Positions 13,587 to 24,900 of a stretch of 64,000 bases of DNA are shown piece after piece. Source of the stretch: Marsupella aquatica (lineage: Eukaryota; Plantae; Marchantiophyta); the NCBI GenBank assembly GCA_973895155.1, contig OZ316899.1, positions 10,567,135 to 10,631,134 of the forward strand. Reading direction: 5' to 3'. Made by a program: the position numbers and the translations under genes. Position 1 is the first letter of the stretch. Each line of letters begins with the position of its first letter. The notes under the pieces are model-generated. The model worked only from the letters and a program-made list of their open reading frames with translations, was not told the DNA's origin and searched no databases.

Positions 13587-14156
13587 CTACCACATCAAAT
13601 ACGGATACCAATCCTGTTGTCGATGCCACTCAGCCCTGAGGTACTCAGGCATGTACATTAAGTCATCAAGGTCTAAACCCTGCTCATGCCATGGTGGTCT
13701 TCGATCCGTGCCTACAAGCAATGGCAGCAGTGCCCTCCATGGTGCACATGTTGCTACCAAGTCCCTCCACTGGGTACTAATTAGTCTATATTTGCAGATA
13801 TCTTGTGCGCCAGACACCACAAGAACCCTCGGCCAGACATGTGTAAGAACTATATCATCTGCCAAATCAGGCAACAAGGAACCACCTACAGCATCGTGCT
13901 TGTCTAACTCATCTGCTGAAAAGTAAATGTCCTCTTCCGACTGTGCATCCTCATTCACCACAGCATTCACAACACATCCAAGGTCTGCAGGCATTATCTC
14001 GGATGGAGCTACACTCTGTCTGGTTACCAATCCACACAAGTAAGCCCAAGCAGTAGCCATGCACGATGCAACCCGTAGGAGGACCCTACATAGGGCCTGA
14101 CGGTCTGGAAGAGGCAGCATACCCACCAAAGTCTTCAGCCAAACAGAGCCCAACAA
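13587..14156 (-). CDS. F-box-like protein (CACTA-1 cargo); start uncertain
   Basis: LLPDLADDIVLTHVWPRV...YRLISTQWRDLV resembles the F-box consensus. Confidence 0.55.
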   Translation of the reverse strand: MLGSVWLKTLVGMLPLPDRQALCRVLLRVASCMATAWAYLCGLVTRQSVAPSEIMPADLGCVVNAVVNEDAQSEEDIYFSADELDKHDAVGGSLLPDLADDIVLTHVWPRVLVVSGAQDICKYRLISTQWRDLVATCAPWRALLPLLVGTDRRPPWHEQGLDLDDLMYMPEYLRAEWHRQQDWYPYLMW

Positions 14157-14296
14157 GTAGATTCACAATCACACCCCACGCAGCAGGAAACAACAATCAC
14201 TTCAACTGCGACCAACCATGACAAGATGAGTTAGTTCAAGGATCACATTTATTACAAAATTGTGTTTTATACAAAAATATGAGGGACTCCTACTCC

Positions 14297-15160
14297 TCAC
14301 TCTCTCCCACCTTTGCTAAGCATACATCTCCGCTGAATCTTGGAGGGCCAGGCCTCAAAAATATCAAAGTCCCAAGCATTCTGTCGCTTCCCTCTAGCTG
14401 CTGATTCCAGAAGCCAATCAGGGGAAAGCACCCAAAGATTGTTGTTCATGACAAAATCACGCACTATTGTCTTAAAGAATTTTCTGCATATTTTCATGTA
14501 TGACAGACCTACAACATGAGTGGAGGTTTCTGTTAGACTCTCCTCCACTGTCCCACCTAGCTCAACAACTATAGACTTGTACAGTCTGCACTTAGTCTCC
14601 CCAATTCCTTCTTCTGCAAATACCACACTGAACCCCTTCATAATGGTATTTCTCTCCTTGCCATGCTCATTCAATATAGCATCTGCACGCATAGGATGGT
14701 GTCCTATGTTGACAACAGGTCCATATTGGACAGAAGCAAAGTTGGGTTTCTCTGCCGTTGCTTCATAGGCTTCCTTTTCAGCCAAAGCCTCTGCAGTGGC
14801 CTCCTCACTCTCCCACAACTCATATTGCTCAGTACTCTGTACACACCTATGTTTAACAGAATCGGTCAGCCAAGAGACTTCAACTACTTTTAGACCTTGG
14901 TTGGTAATGGCAGAATCAATGAAGGACCATGACCACTTGTTCATCACATCCAGCCATGTCCCCGCAACAACATGTGTAGTCTGTGGAGTGATGTCCTTGA
15001 CTTCAGTCCCATGGAACTCTGAGAATCGTTTTTGTACGATTGGCCAACTCACTTGGGTGAACCCATAGTGGCCAGGAATCAAAATGGCTTTGATTCCAGC
15101 CAACAGAGGCGGGTGGTCAACCTTTGTACGTTTTCTAGAGGCCATGTACACACGGGCCAC
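14297..15160 (-). CDS. Tandem BRCT-domain protein (CACTA-1 cargo); likely start MASRKRTK
   Basis: Two units with THVV...WL.(D/E)S (second has LGGTV); basic NLS-like N-terminus; intact 287 codons. Confidence 0.8.
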   Translation of the reverse strand: MARVYMASRKRTKVDHPPLLAGIKAILIPGHYGFTQVSWPIVQKRFSEFHGTEVKDITPQTTHVVAGTWLDVMNKWSWSFIDSAITNQGLKVVEVSWLTDSVKHRCVQSTEQYELWESEEATAEALAEKEAYEATAEKPNFASVQYGPVVNIGHHPMRADAILNEHGKERNTIMKGFSVVFAEEGIGETKCRLYKSIVVELGGTVEESLTETSTHVVGLSYMKICRKFFKTIVRDFVMNNNLWVLSPDWLLESAARGKRQNAWDFDIFEAWPSKIQRRCMLSKGGRE

Positions 15161-15738
15161 CTAATCACTGCAGACCGGAAGATAATGCGTTCACCTGATA
15201 ATCGGAGGGCCCTTAAAATGCTGCGTTTATAACTTGGTCCAGTCCAGTCGTCTGGTGAGTCTCTGCTCCGATTCCAAACGGGAGAAATATTGGGACAAAC
15301 GTACTAGACACCTGCAAGCATGCATCGTTTGAATATGTGCCTTCACAATATTGAAGGTGACAAGTGCAATTGTTTTGTGATGCCACATACAGATGTTGTA
15401 AATGGGCAGACATTCAATGAGAATACAAAATGTTGGTACACTTTAAGGGAATTCTCGCAAATTAAATAGCCTTGTAACTTATATGCTCATAATGAGAAGT
15501 CCTGATTTAATTTAAGCAGTGTCATGTAAGTCGTGATCAAAATGATTGCAGAGTTTAAAAAGTTCCTAGAAGGCTTAAGGGGAGTTTTTGAAGGCATGTA
15601 CCCAGGAACAAGTAATGAACTTAGGGTACTTGTTGCCGAAGCATCCTCTCCTACAGAGGTCCTTCTTCTCAAAATTGGAATGTCTGCAATCTCCAAGGTA
15701 TCCACATCAGGTGCACTATGCATGTACATTATTCAGGT

Positions 15739-16419
15739 TCAAAGCCAAGAAATGTGATCTCTCATGGGAGTGTGCAAAGTAGGATCTATGGCATGGCGAT
15801 GACAATAGAAGATCCATCGATCAACACCATGTGCAGAGTGATCATAGATGTGTTTGTCACAAGCATAGCCTTCTGCTTGACGCTCCTTCAAACAATGAAA
15901 GTGCCACATGGTGGGACACCTAACACAGTGGACTATGTCCACCCAGAAATCTTCATCGTGCTGACCACATGCCTTGCACTTATGAAGTGGGCAAGCTGTG
16001 GCAAGATCGGGCAAACATGAAAAACAAAAGAACCTCACACAATATCTGTCAGGGCATTTCCTAACAAGTGGTGGAGCATCAACAGAGCCCTCATAAGACC
16101 CCAACTTCCCACACTGTGCACACTTAGCCTGCTTCTCCAAACAATCAGTGCACATCCAGCCTCCCTGGTGTGCTGACGGGAGGCCCACCCCTGGACAGTT
16201 GTTTTCTGCAGCAAGGTCAGACTCCGGGTTGAGGTGGAAATGCCTCATGCAAGGGCCCTCACATATGGCTAAGCCACCACCATCGTCACAAATGGCACAA
16301 CAATGAGCTGCCTTCTGGAAAATCTGACTTGCGGAGAAGTTACTACCATCTGGCCCAACTACACCTGTGTTGCTCACCTCTGTCCCCCGCTTCTTGGCTC
16401 GGATTTTAGGGCGTGCCAT
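15739..16419 (-). CDS. EDM2-like (NSD-type) PHD-finger cluster protein (CACTA-1 cargo)
   Basis: CAICDDGG.L..CEGPCMRHFH, CPLHKC, C.RCP..WH..CL, YC..H.ID..L.TP.RDHI; NLS RPKIRAKKR; intact ORF. Confidence 0.82.
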   Translation of the reverse strand: MARPKIRAKKRGTEVSNTGVVGPDGSNFSASQIFQKAAHCCAICDDGGGLAICEGPCMRHFHLNPESDLAAENNCPGVGLPSAHQGGWMCTDCLEKQAKCAQCGKLGSYEGSVDAPPLVRKCPDRYCVRFFCFSCLPDLATACPLHKCKACGQHDEDFWVDIVHCVRCPTMWHFHCLKERQAEGYACDKHIYDHSAHGVDRWIFYCHRHAIDPTLHTPMRDHISWL

Positions 16420-17088
16420 GCCTACGCATGAGACAGATAGTACAATTTAGCAGAGTGCACGGACAATACAATTTAGTGCAGTGTACAAAAAGTACAGTGT
16501 AGCATATAGACTAGAGTGGCAATTGCTACTGCAATGAAATGTTCACACACATGTGCAGAGTAGACATACTTTTTGGTTTGTTGAGCCCACACTAAAAACT
16601 GATCCCCTCGTACAATAGCTCCACCTACACCTCAATTTTGTGGCTATGATTCACCAAAGGAGATCTGCAACAAGATTTAATGCATTTGAATCACATACAA
16701 TAGTCGTGACATGTAAAACAGGCATTTTTTGAACAGGATTGGTATCAAGCACTGTGATCAGGGTTGTAATTTATACATCCTAAATAGGCTATGATAGTGA
16801 ATGAGACAAATAAGTTAGGCAGAAATCACTTTTTCCAGGTTATCACATGGCCCATTAATTCCAGTCTTTGAAAGGAGACTTTTAAGTGAGCTTGCTAGCC
16901 TCTTAAATTAGGATATTGTACTTAGTGCAGCCATAATAGGATAAGTTATGTACTGTTGACCCTAAACCCTGGACCCAAAATTGCTCATAATTCAAAATCT
17001 TAAGTAAATATCCTCTCTGTTCAAGTCAAAGTGTTAAGTTATAGGTCAATGGTCTCTGGTTTGTGCATGCGGTGTGACAAGTGGTCCT

Positions 17089-17538
17089 CTAGAGCGTGTG
17101 ATCCAAACATGTGTAGACACCAAAGTGACCGGTGGTGGGGTCTGGGAGGGCAGGACAAGTGACATCGCCAGGCACACTGCAGGATGGCGAGTGGTTCCAG
17201 ATGATACATTGTGCTCTGTGAAAAAACCGACATCCAAGAGAACGGTCATCCAACTCTAGGCCAGAAGCCCTACAGGCAGGACAGTCATATTGGCAACTGT
17301 GCACACACCCTTGGGCCCTAATTTGTGGCGGGTCATGTATGAGAGACAGAAATACCAAGGATGTTGGGAAGGGTGGAGAAGCAGGTACAGGCCGGCTGTA
17401 GTTGTTCCTGGCAACAACTGGGTACTCAAAGTACCATGCAGACTGGGCTGGAAGGATCCCAAGTCTGACATACTCAAGGCGCAACATCTCTGCCTTGCGT
17501 GCAAGCCGCACATGTTCAGCGTTGCGGGTCCTCACCAT
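17089..17538 (-). CDS. Hypothetical Cys/His-rich protein (CACTA-1 cargo)
   Basis: 149-aa ATG ORF co-oriented with the other cargo; CVHSCQYDCPAC...C.FFH...C. Confidence 0.4.
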   Translation of the reverse strand: MVRTRNAEHVRLARKAEMLRLEYVRLGILPAQSAWYFEYPVVARNNYSRPVPASPPFPTSLVFLSLIHDPPQIRAQGCVHSCQYDCPACRASGLELDDRSLGCRFFHRAQCIIWNHSPSCSVPGDVTCPALPDPTTGHFGVYTCLDHTL

Positions 17539-20500
17539 AAGTGTTGCTTTTGTGGAGATGTCGTGTGTTCACGTCCTCTGATAAGCACCTTCGATCAGCA
17601 AGGTGAGCAGGAGCTGTACTTGCCTCACCAACAGCAACCAACTTTAAATTATCAGTTCCCACTCACTGTGTCATTCCATTGGTTCCAGCTAGGGGTCACA
17701 GTGTAAACATAGCATGAAACACTCCTAATCAACTTGCTTACAAACTACAATATCCAGAAAGAGTGAAAGTCTCACCCTCCAGTGAGCAGCAGAGAGGTAG
17801 TTCACTAGATGTGTTGATGTGCAGTTAAACCTCCACTATTGCGTACTTCTGGTGTATGCTGCTAAGAAGAAGACATATTAGTAGCAGCAAATTGCAAATA
17901 ATGGCCATAAGCAAACCGTGAGAGTTTGCAGAATGCTACGACAAATCCATCACAGCAGTGCTCCACAGGAATGAAACCAAGCAAAATTTGGTGACCTCGG
18001 CCAATGACAAGGCCAATGTAGTGAACAATCCTTGACCGATCAGGATATGGATTGGAATTACAATTAGTCAGCTCTTCTTCTTTGTTTTCTAACTCTGGGG
18101 GAAATGAGCATGACCAGGGAATTCTTTGAGAAATAGAAGTGCACAGGGAAAATGAAATTGGCTCATTCAGCTGCGCAAGACCGGCCATTGCAGCAAACTT
18201 GGACAGTTGTTCCGCAATACATAAAATACCCTGACTTACATGCAATCGATACAATCTGCTTCTGTTGGCTGTCCTACAGCTCACGGTAGTGCCGTTGGGA
18301 TAGGGTAAGTGAATATTGCCATAGCTGAAGCACATTGAGCTTGCAGCAAGAAGTGAAGGAGCATGGCCAAAAGCAGAAAAGACAGACAGGTTTTACAAGA
18401 AGAAACTAACAACCGCCAATCTGCTCAAATCCGCTGCATAGATCAAACCCTCCAAACTACACAGCCCTCCTTTGAAAACAATCCAATGTGCTTTGGCTGG
18501 TGGATGACAAGGACTGGGAGAAGAGGAAACGTCTACACAATCAATCCCAATGACGGGACACAGAGACCAGGCACAGAGAGGATTTGTGCTTAGACAAAAA
18601 CCACAAATTGTAGCATGGGCGCCATAGCATTGGGCGGCAATGGGAAGAATTACATCAAATGAGTGGACAGAGAATGAACAGTCCGGTTATAGGCAAACAG
18701 CGACTGATGCCCTGATGCAATGAAACACGCATTGACATAGCGGAGGGACATAAAAACTACATAAGCCAACTTACTGACCTTTTAAGGCCCACAATTTCAA
18801 GGGGAGGGACAAAGACAGCAATAACAGACGCAGAGACAAAGCTGTACTCTGTCAATTGAGTAGGCAAGTGGGTGGGTGAAGATCAACAACCAATGTAGCA
18901 GCGCAACCAGAGTAGCAACAAAGAAGCAGGTTGCCCTCAGTCTCCTATTTTTCAAGCAGCTCGTGCTCGCGGTCAATCTCCTATTCTGCAAGCAGCTCAC
19001 GCTCGTCCCTCTTGTTCTGCAAGCAGGTCATTCTTGTCGGCGATGGTGCAAGCTGTCCTCCTAAACTCTGACACTCAAAATGAAAAGACCAAGCACCTCC
19101 AATCTGTTTGATCCCTTCCGCAAGCAGCCGAGCGGCAGACGATAATGTAGGGATCAAGAACCAAGTGCCAGGCGGACATTGCACAAAATGAGGACCGGGG
19201 GCAGAGACAAAATCTACCGAAATCTACCGAAATCTACTTCTTGGGGTCCAGCCCACGGATGGACATCATGCAAGGTGGTCAAAAATGGTAAGTGCAATTG
19301 TTGGAGAGTTGTACTCGCGATTACTAACGGTGCATCCACAAAACGCGTCATCAAGTTGTCAGTGCGGCCACAACAATTTTGACAGTCTCAGGATCACAGG
19401 TCCACAAACAAGTTGCAAATGAAGACACACAACGTCCAGGAGGGAAAGTCCGCAACACTAACCCTTTGTAAAGCCCCCGAGCTTACCTTCTAGCTGCCGA
19501 CGCAAAGAGAAAACCTACTCGGACACTGAAGCAACCCTAAACTCAAAGTCTCACCTTAGCGCAACAACTCCTGGATTGGATTCAGCTAGCTCAGGCTCAA
19601 TGAAGCATGTCGCCTCGGGCTCTCCGGATCCTCCCAAGGCAGCAAACAAGTTAGGGTCCATGGTCCTTGTACCTTCACCGCACCGTTGTGTCCTTCCCAA
19701 TGCCTCCTCTGTAGTTGCGTCTTGTCTGCAACTCTACAGCTCCCCGTGTTGCTCTGCCGCACTTAGTTATATTCCAACGCCCGATCGTGACCAAAAAGAG
19801 TTTTCTCCTGCTGGACAGCACTAGGCATTTGTTCAATCTCTTGATCACGCGTAAGCAGCTATAGGTATGAATCACTCAGTTGGCAGCTCAATACGCTTAC
19901 AGCAAGAGGGCGCAATAGGTAGAAGCTCGCGCTACCTAGACCAGCACAAGGACAAAGCATTAACATTGAAACTGTACCATGGAGCTGGAGAAAACCACAG
20001 AGTAATTGAAGCCTAACAATACCCTTCTTAGCTCCCGACTCCAAACTCTCGGCTCCCAGTTTGCAAGAACAAGCACTATGAAAATATGGATTCCCACATT
20101 GACTGTGTCCGCAGAACAGATGCAACCCGCATGCAACTTCACCAGCTCAACGGCAGCTTGACAACTGAAGGACCTCCCAATGAGCCTCACGGCCTCCCGA
20201 TGCTCGTTATGGGTGCAGCAAAAGGGTCTATACCACAACTGTGACCGAGATTGTCACCCAAAACCTTGAAGAAACCCCAACCTCCGACTCCTCAAACTCC
20301 GACAAGCTCCTCACGAACGTTGCAGCAGCCACAACCTTCTTCGCCCTACCAGCCAAAAACTAAATGTCCCTAAAGGAGATCGAGCAGGAATGCAGGTCTA
20401 TGAATAGACTGCAAGCGCAAGGTTAGATCACTGCAACTGCCTGAACACTGCTCCTCAAGAGCATAAACAAGCACATAACGCGCGGGAAGTTCACTCCGCA

Positions 20501-21946
20501 ATGGTCGCAAAAAGTGGGCAACACTGAAAGGAAAACCCTACGTAAAACCCCGAACACTCCACCCCTCACGTTCTAAGTTCAATGACAATGGCGAAAACTC
20601 CAAAGAGACTCCCAAAGTGAAGTTTAGTGCCTGAAACCGAATTAGGGGAAGCCACTCAGCCTTACCGTTTGAGTGAGCCGTTGAGTGTCACCCAAAGTGG
20701 GACAAAGCTACAAAGTGTTACTGCATGGCCAACTTAGGCAATGAATGGTCATATTTGCACATACATGGTCGGTAGTGACATTTTATTGCACGCCGTAATC
20801 AGGATTAAGGTTGCCCAACATTATATCCGGTCCTAAAATGCAATATTCCCGGTGCAAGAATGTGACCTAGCTCTAATGTATGAAAAAGGACCGGTACAAA
20901 TCTACCTTTGTGCATCTTGACCTTTTATAGATGGATTTAGTAATGGCCAAGAATATCTTGACCATCCCTCCATGGTCCAACCTCCATGAACCCCACTTCA
21001 TTAAACCCAAAACCTTTTTGGTCACAAATAAGGACATTTAATGAGTTATGCCCCTTGCTATCACCCTCTTTATAGATTTATTTTTTTGTTTGAAATTTTA
21101 CATTTATTCCGCGTGAACCCCACGGATGGGGGAACCAGTAGGCCAAATGGCATCATAAAACCTCAACACCCAAAGGAGGCAATAACAAAGAGTTACTCAA
21201 CCAGGGTCATCAGATCAGGCAAAGATTGCGAAGCCGTTCTTCTAGTGGTCCATGCAACAAGTAACAACTAGGGAATAAGCACTAGAAGGCGCAGTAGGTC
21301 AGCATAGTGTAAGTGTAAAGTGTCAAAGCATTGTCTAGTACTAAATTAATCCACCTGATTAGTAAGAAGGGGGTGTATACTGTAATGGGAAAAAGAAAAA
21401 AAACCAAGGCATGAGCAAGGGCCACCAAGAGTGGTGCAGCTATAAGCTATAGGGATTGAACACAATGCGGGGGGGGCAGTGGCACTATGTATGAGGAAAT
21501 CACGGGAGTATCGGTGTCAAATGAGTCGACAAAACTCCCAGATAGCCACACAGTATAAATCAATCTCACAGAAGGCTGCCATCAATGGAGGAAACAATTT
21601 GACACGACCCACATCTGAGAGTGTGAATTCGCTCGATCTCCAGCAGTTCTTTGGCACTCGATAGACGTCGGTGCTTTCGGCTCAAAGATGAAGGAGAATT
21701 ACCCCTCCTCAACATAGAGTGAACATTACCCATGATGTGCTAGACTATTCACCCTTCACAAAGTAGCAAGGTTACTTCTCATAGTCTTTTAGTGAACCAT
21801 AAAACTCTCATAGTCTTTTCTAGTCTTCAACAAAACCGGTGCAATGGGTGCGAGTTGTTTTAAGTATGGAAAAAGGACTTAGTGGGCATAGTCCTATAAG
21901 GTATGGTCCTAACTCTGCGCAACAAACAATTCACAAGTAAGAATGC

Positions 21947-21964
21947 CCCCTCCATCTAGCGCCA
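21947..21964 (-). promoter_or_regulatory. Duplicated tRNA-Asn primer-binding site
   Basis: Minus strand TGGCGCTAGATGGAGGGG; identical to 42464-42481. Confidence 0.75.
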
Positions 21965-21968
21965 AAAA

Positions 21969-24900
21969 TGTGGCACGTTTCCCAAGATCTCTAACCCCAA
22001 GAACTACCCTCAACCGATCATAAACCACTTGTTTATGTCCGTCCTCTTGCCTTATGGCAGCTATTCGGCTTGGAAACATGATACTCTCCTTTGATCCACA
22101 CTTACCGGACCGATTCTTTCACTGGGCTTGTGAATTGTGCACAACTGAGACACCTAATTCCTCTTTAACTTCTTCAGGTATATTTGTATTCTGCCCCCGG
22201 AATGTACCTCTACGGCTTAATTTCTTAAGCCGGCTGAAGGTCTTTTTCAGACTGACTCAACCCACACTTCACCGACTAACACTCTCAATCCTCACTTTTC
22301 TCTCAGAGTTTGATTGGGCAGTTTCCAATCAAGACAATGCGATTGTATTTTGCTCAACAGTTCACCCTATCTGACTTAAATCGATCAAGCAACAGATATC
22401 ATAATACTCAATTTCTTGGATGGCAAGAATCTGCGAACTATGCAACAAGGCCAACTCAATTCAAACAATTGCTCAAAAATCCAAGGGAACTGGTGGTTTA
22501 CTGATACCCTGCGGTCTAGATTTAGCCGAGAGCTTCCTGTGCTCACAACAATACAGATTAACACTAAAGCCTTGACTAAGAAAAAGCCCCCGAAGCCACG
22601 CTGCCCAAGTTTTTATCCTTGTAGCGCATCCAGGGAAAAACAACGGAAATCCTAACCACCACACATGGCCTTCCACCGCGATAATCCTACCAAAAAACTA
22701 TCACCTAAAAACTTGAATAGCCCGGAACCCTGTGTGAACCGAGCATCTACTACTACCTAAGCCGACAGGGCGCTACTTGCCCTGTCCCATCCTACAACGG
22801 CCGCGCCCTTCTGGCCCAAGCCCTTCTCCTGCCGCCACGTCCTCCTTCCAACCGATGACTGGCCCTCCTTAATTGTCAGAGGACCGGGGGTAAGTCCGAA
22901 TCTTCCGACTCTGCACCTTCTCCTGCCATCGGCCCCGGCCTGACCCCTTCGGCTTCCTCGACTTTGGCTTCTGGTTTGTCGGCCCCGGCCTCGGTCTCGG
23001 CATCGGCATCTGCATTGGCATCCTCCTGGGAAACGGCTTGGAGAGCCTTTGCCTTAACTTCCTCAATCCAAGCCTCTTCCCCAATGCGCTCGGTCTCGAT
23101 AACCCATGGTTTCACGTTCTGTGCGTCCATAGAAGCAGTACCATCATCTAAACCTGTTACCGCAGCTCCAAGTTGATCCGCAGTACTTACCTCTACCACA
23201 GCTGCCTTCAGGGCCACAGTACCACAAATGTGAGCGGCCATACTCTCGACTTCCTCCGGAGTGGCTTTAAGGGCCTTAACTTTATTATCGCCTGGCCCCA
23301 TGAACGTCTTTGCCAAGTCTGCCACCAACTGCATGGCTTTGTCCTCAGTCACGCTTGTCAACAGGGAGCTTGGCTTCGGCTTTGGCTTCACTATATTTCC
23401 GCCTACCATACTATTGACGGGAAGCCTTTCAGTTGGTGACCCATATCCCGCTTCGACATACTTCTTTAATTTCTGCGTTTGATTGTCGGCACGCCTCTGC
23501 AACCCGATCATCTTATCCTTGGCCTCCTCCAATTCCTGAGATACGTCTTCAACTTCATTGTTAAGCCGTAGTATCTCGGCCCTGGCCGTCTTCAACTCCT
23601 CATTTAAGATCTGCACGATCTCCAACTCTTGCTTATCTACAGCTGCTTTCAAGGAGTCGTTGATACCTTCCAGTTTTTTGACCTCGTTCGTCTATGCCTG
23701 CTTTGTCCTGGTTAGCTCCTCCTGAAGCTCCTTGCGTATCTGCTGAACCTGGTTTAGGTGATCATTGGCCGCCATGCACATGGCGTCATCATGCTTCTCA
23801 CGCATGGCCTCCAACCGGTCGAGTAACTTATCATACTTCCTTTGGGCTTCTGCAAGGCCTTCTCGCTCTAGGTGGCCTGCTCCTTAGCCGTCTTCTTGAG
23901 CCTCTCAACTTGGCGATTTAAACCCTATACTTTTGCTTTTGAATCGGCTAACTCCAGCTCTATCTTCGTCAACTTTTCCTTGATCTGCTGGTTATCCAAT
24001 TGGTAGTTTTCCAATTGGTTGTTTGCCACTTCCAATTCCTGTTGCTTAGCCAAGAGATCTGCTGAGTTGGTTGACCCGACTTTGTCTTAGCAACTTTGGC
24101 CTCCATGGAGCGAAGCCGAGCGATCACTTCCTCCTTCTTCAGTCGCTCCAATGTCATTGCCTCCTCCAGTCTCATCTGATCAGCCATTTCCTTTCTAAGA
24201 AATGGCCCGGATTCCAACTCGTTGCCAAAGATTTCTAAGGCGAAGAGTCCACACATGTCTCCATACTCCTTAGCCCAATTTCTTGCATAGTTTGACCTCC
24301 CAGGTGATACTGGCATCTGCCATCGAGGTCGTCTCTCCCAAGCTTCTGCCCGTAATTGATCAAAGTCAGTGAGAGGTTCGGCTTGCCTCTCACTAAGCCG
24401 TCTTATTCCTTCCGGCCACTCTCCTCCTGGTAGCTGGCATTCGTGTTCTGCATTCCGGGCCCCCCACTCCTTAATCTTCTCATGTAGCCCGGCTTCAGCT
24501 TCCTTCATCTTGTCGAATTCCAATGGCGTCACATCTGGTGGAGGAGATTCTGGCATTTTCTGGTCCTCTGGTTTGCCATAGAAGACCGCGGGAAGTCTTC
24601 TACAAAACCTTCCCATCGTTCTAACTCCTGGGACCGGCCTCTCCCCGTGATTGACATAGTCGTCGTCGTAATCATCCACATTGACCTGACTACCTAACAT
24701 GCCGGCCTCTCCTCCAAAGCTCCCGATCTCCTCCTCTGAATATTGTTGGGCTGCTGCTGGTTGACCTTCCTCCACGGGTCCGTTCACTTGGGCTCTGTTA
24801 GAAGCTCTTACTACTGGCCTTTCCTGGCCTCGGCTTACCTCCTCATCTGTCTCTGAATCCATTCGCTTGTCATATTTCTTTCTCTCTTCGACAGTCATCT

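Larger units (their letters stand above)
5520..21907 (-). mobile_element. CACTA/En-Spm DNA transposon 1 (right TIR lost)
   Basis: CACTAGTAGAAA terminus at 5520; GACT/AGTC subterminal repeats at both ends (5550-5860, 21780-21900); TnpD- and TnpA-like genes. Confidence 0.88.

Noticed and set aside
17862-18335. 157-aa minus-strand ORF as a fifth cargo gene
   Set aside because: No recognisable motif and no second copy to test; left uncalled.
22054-22374. 106-aa plus-strand ORF identical to 42571-42891
   Set aside because: Identity is explained by the recent copied patch; no recognisable domain; antisense in U5.
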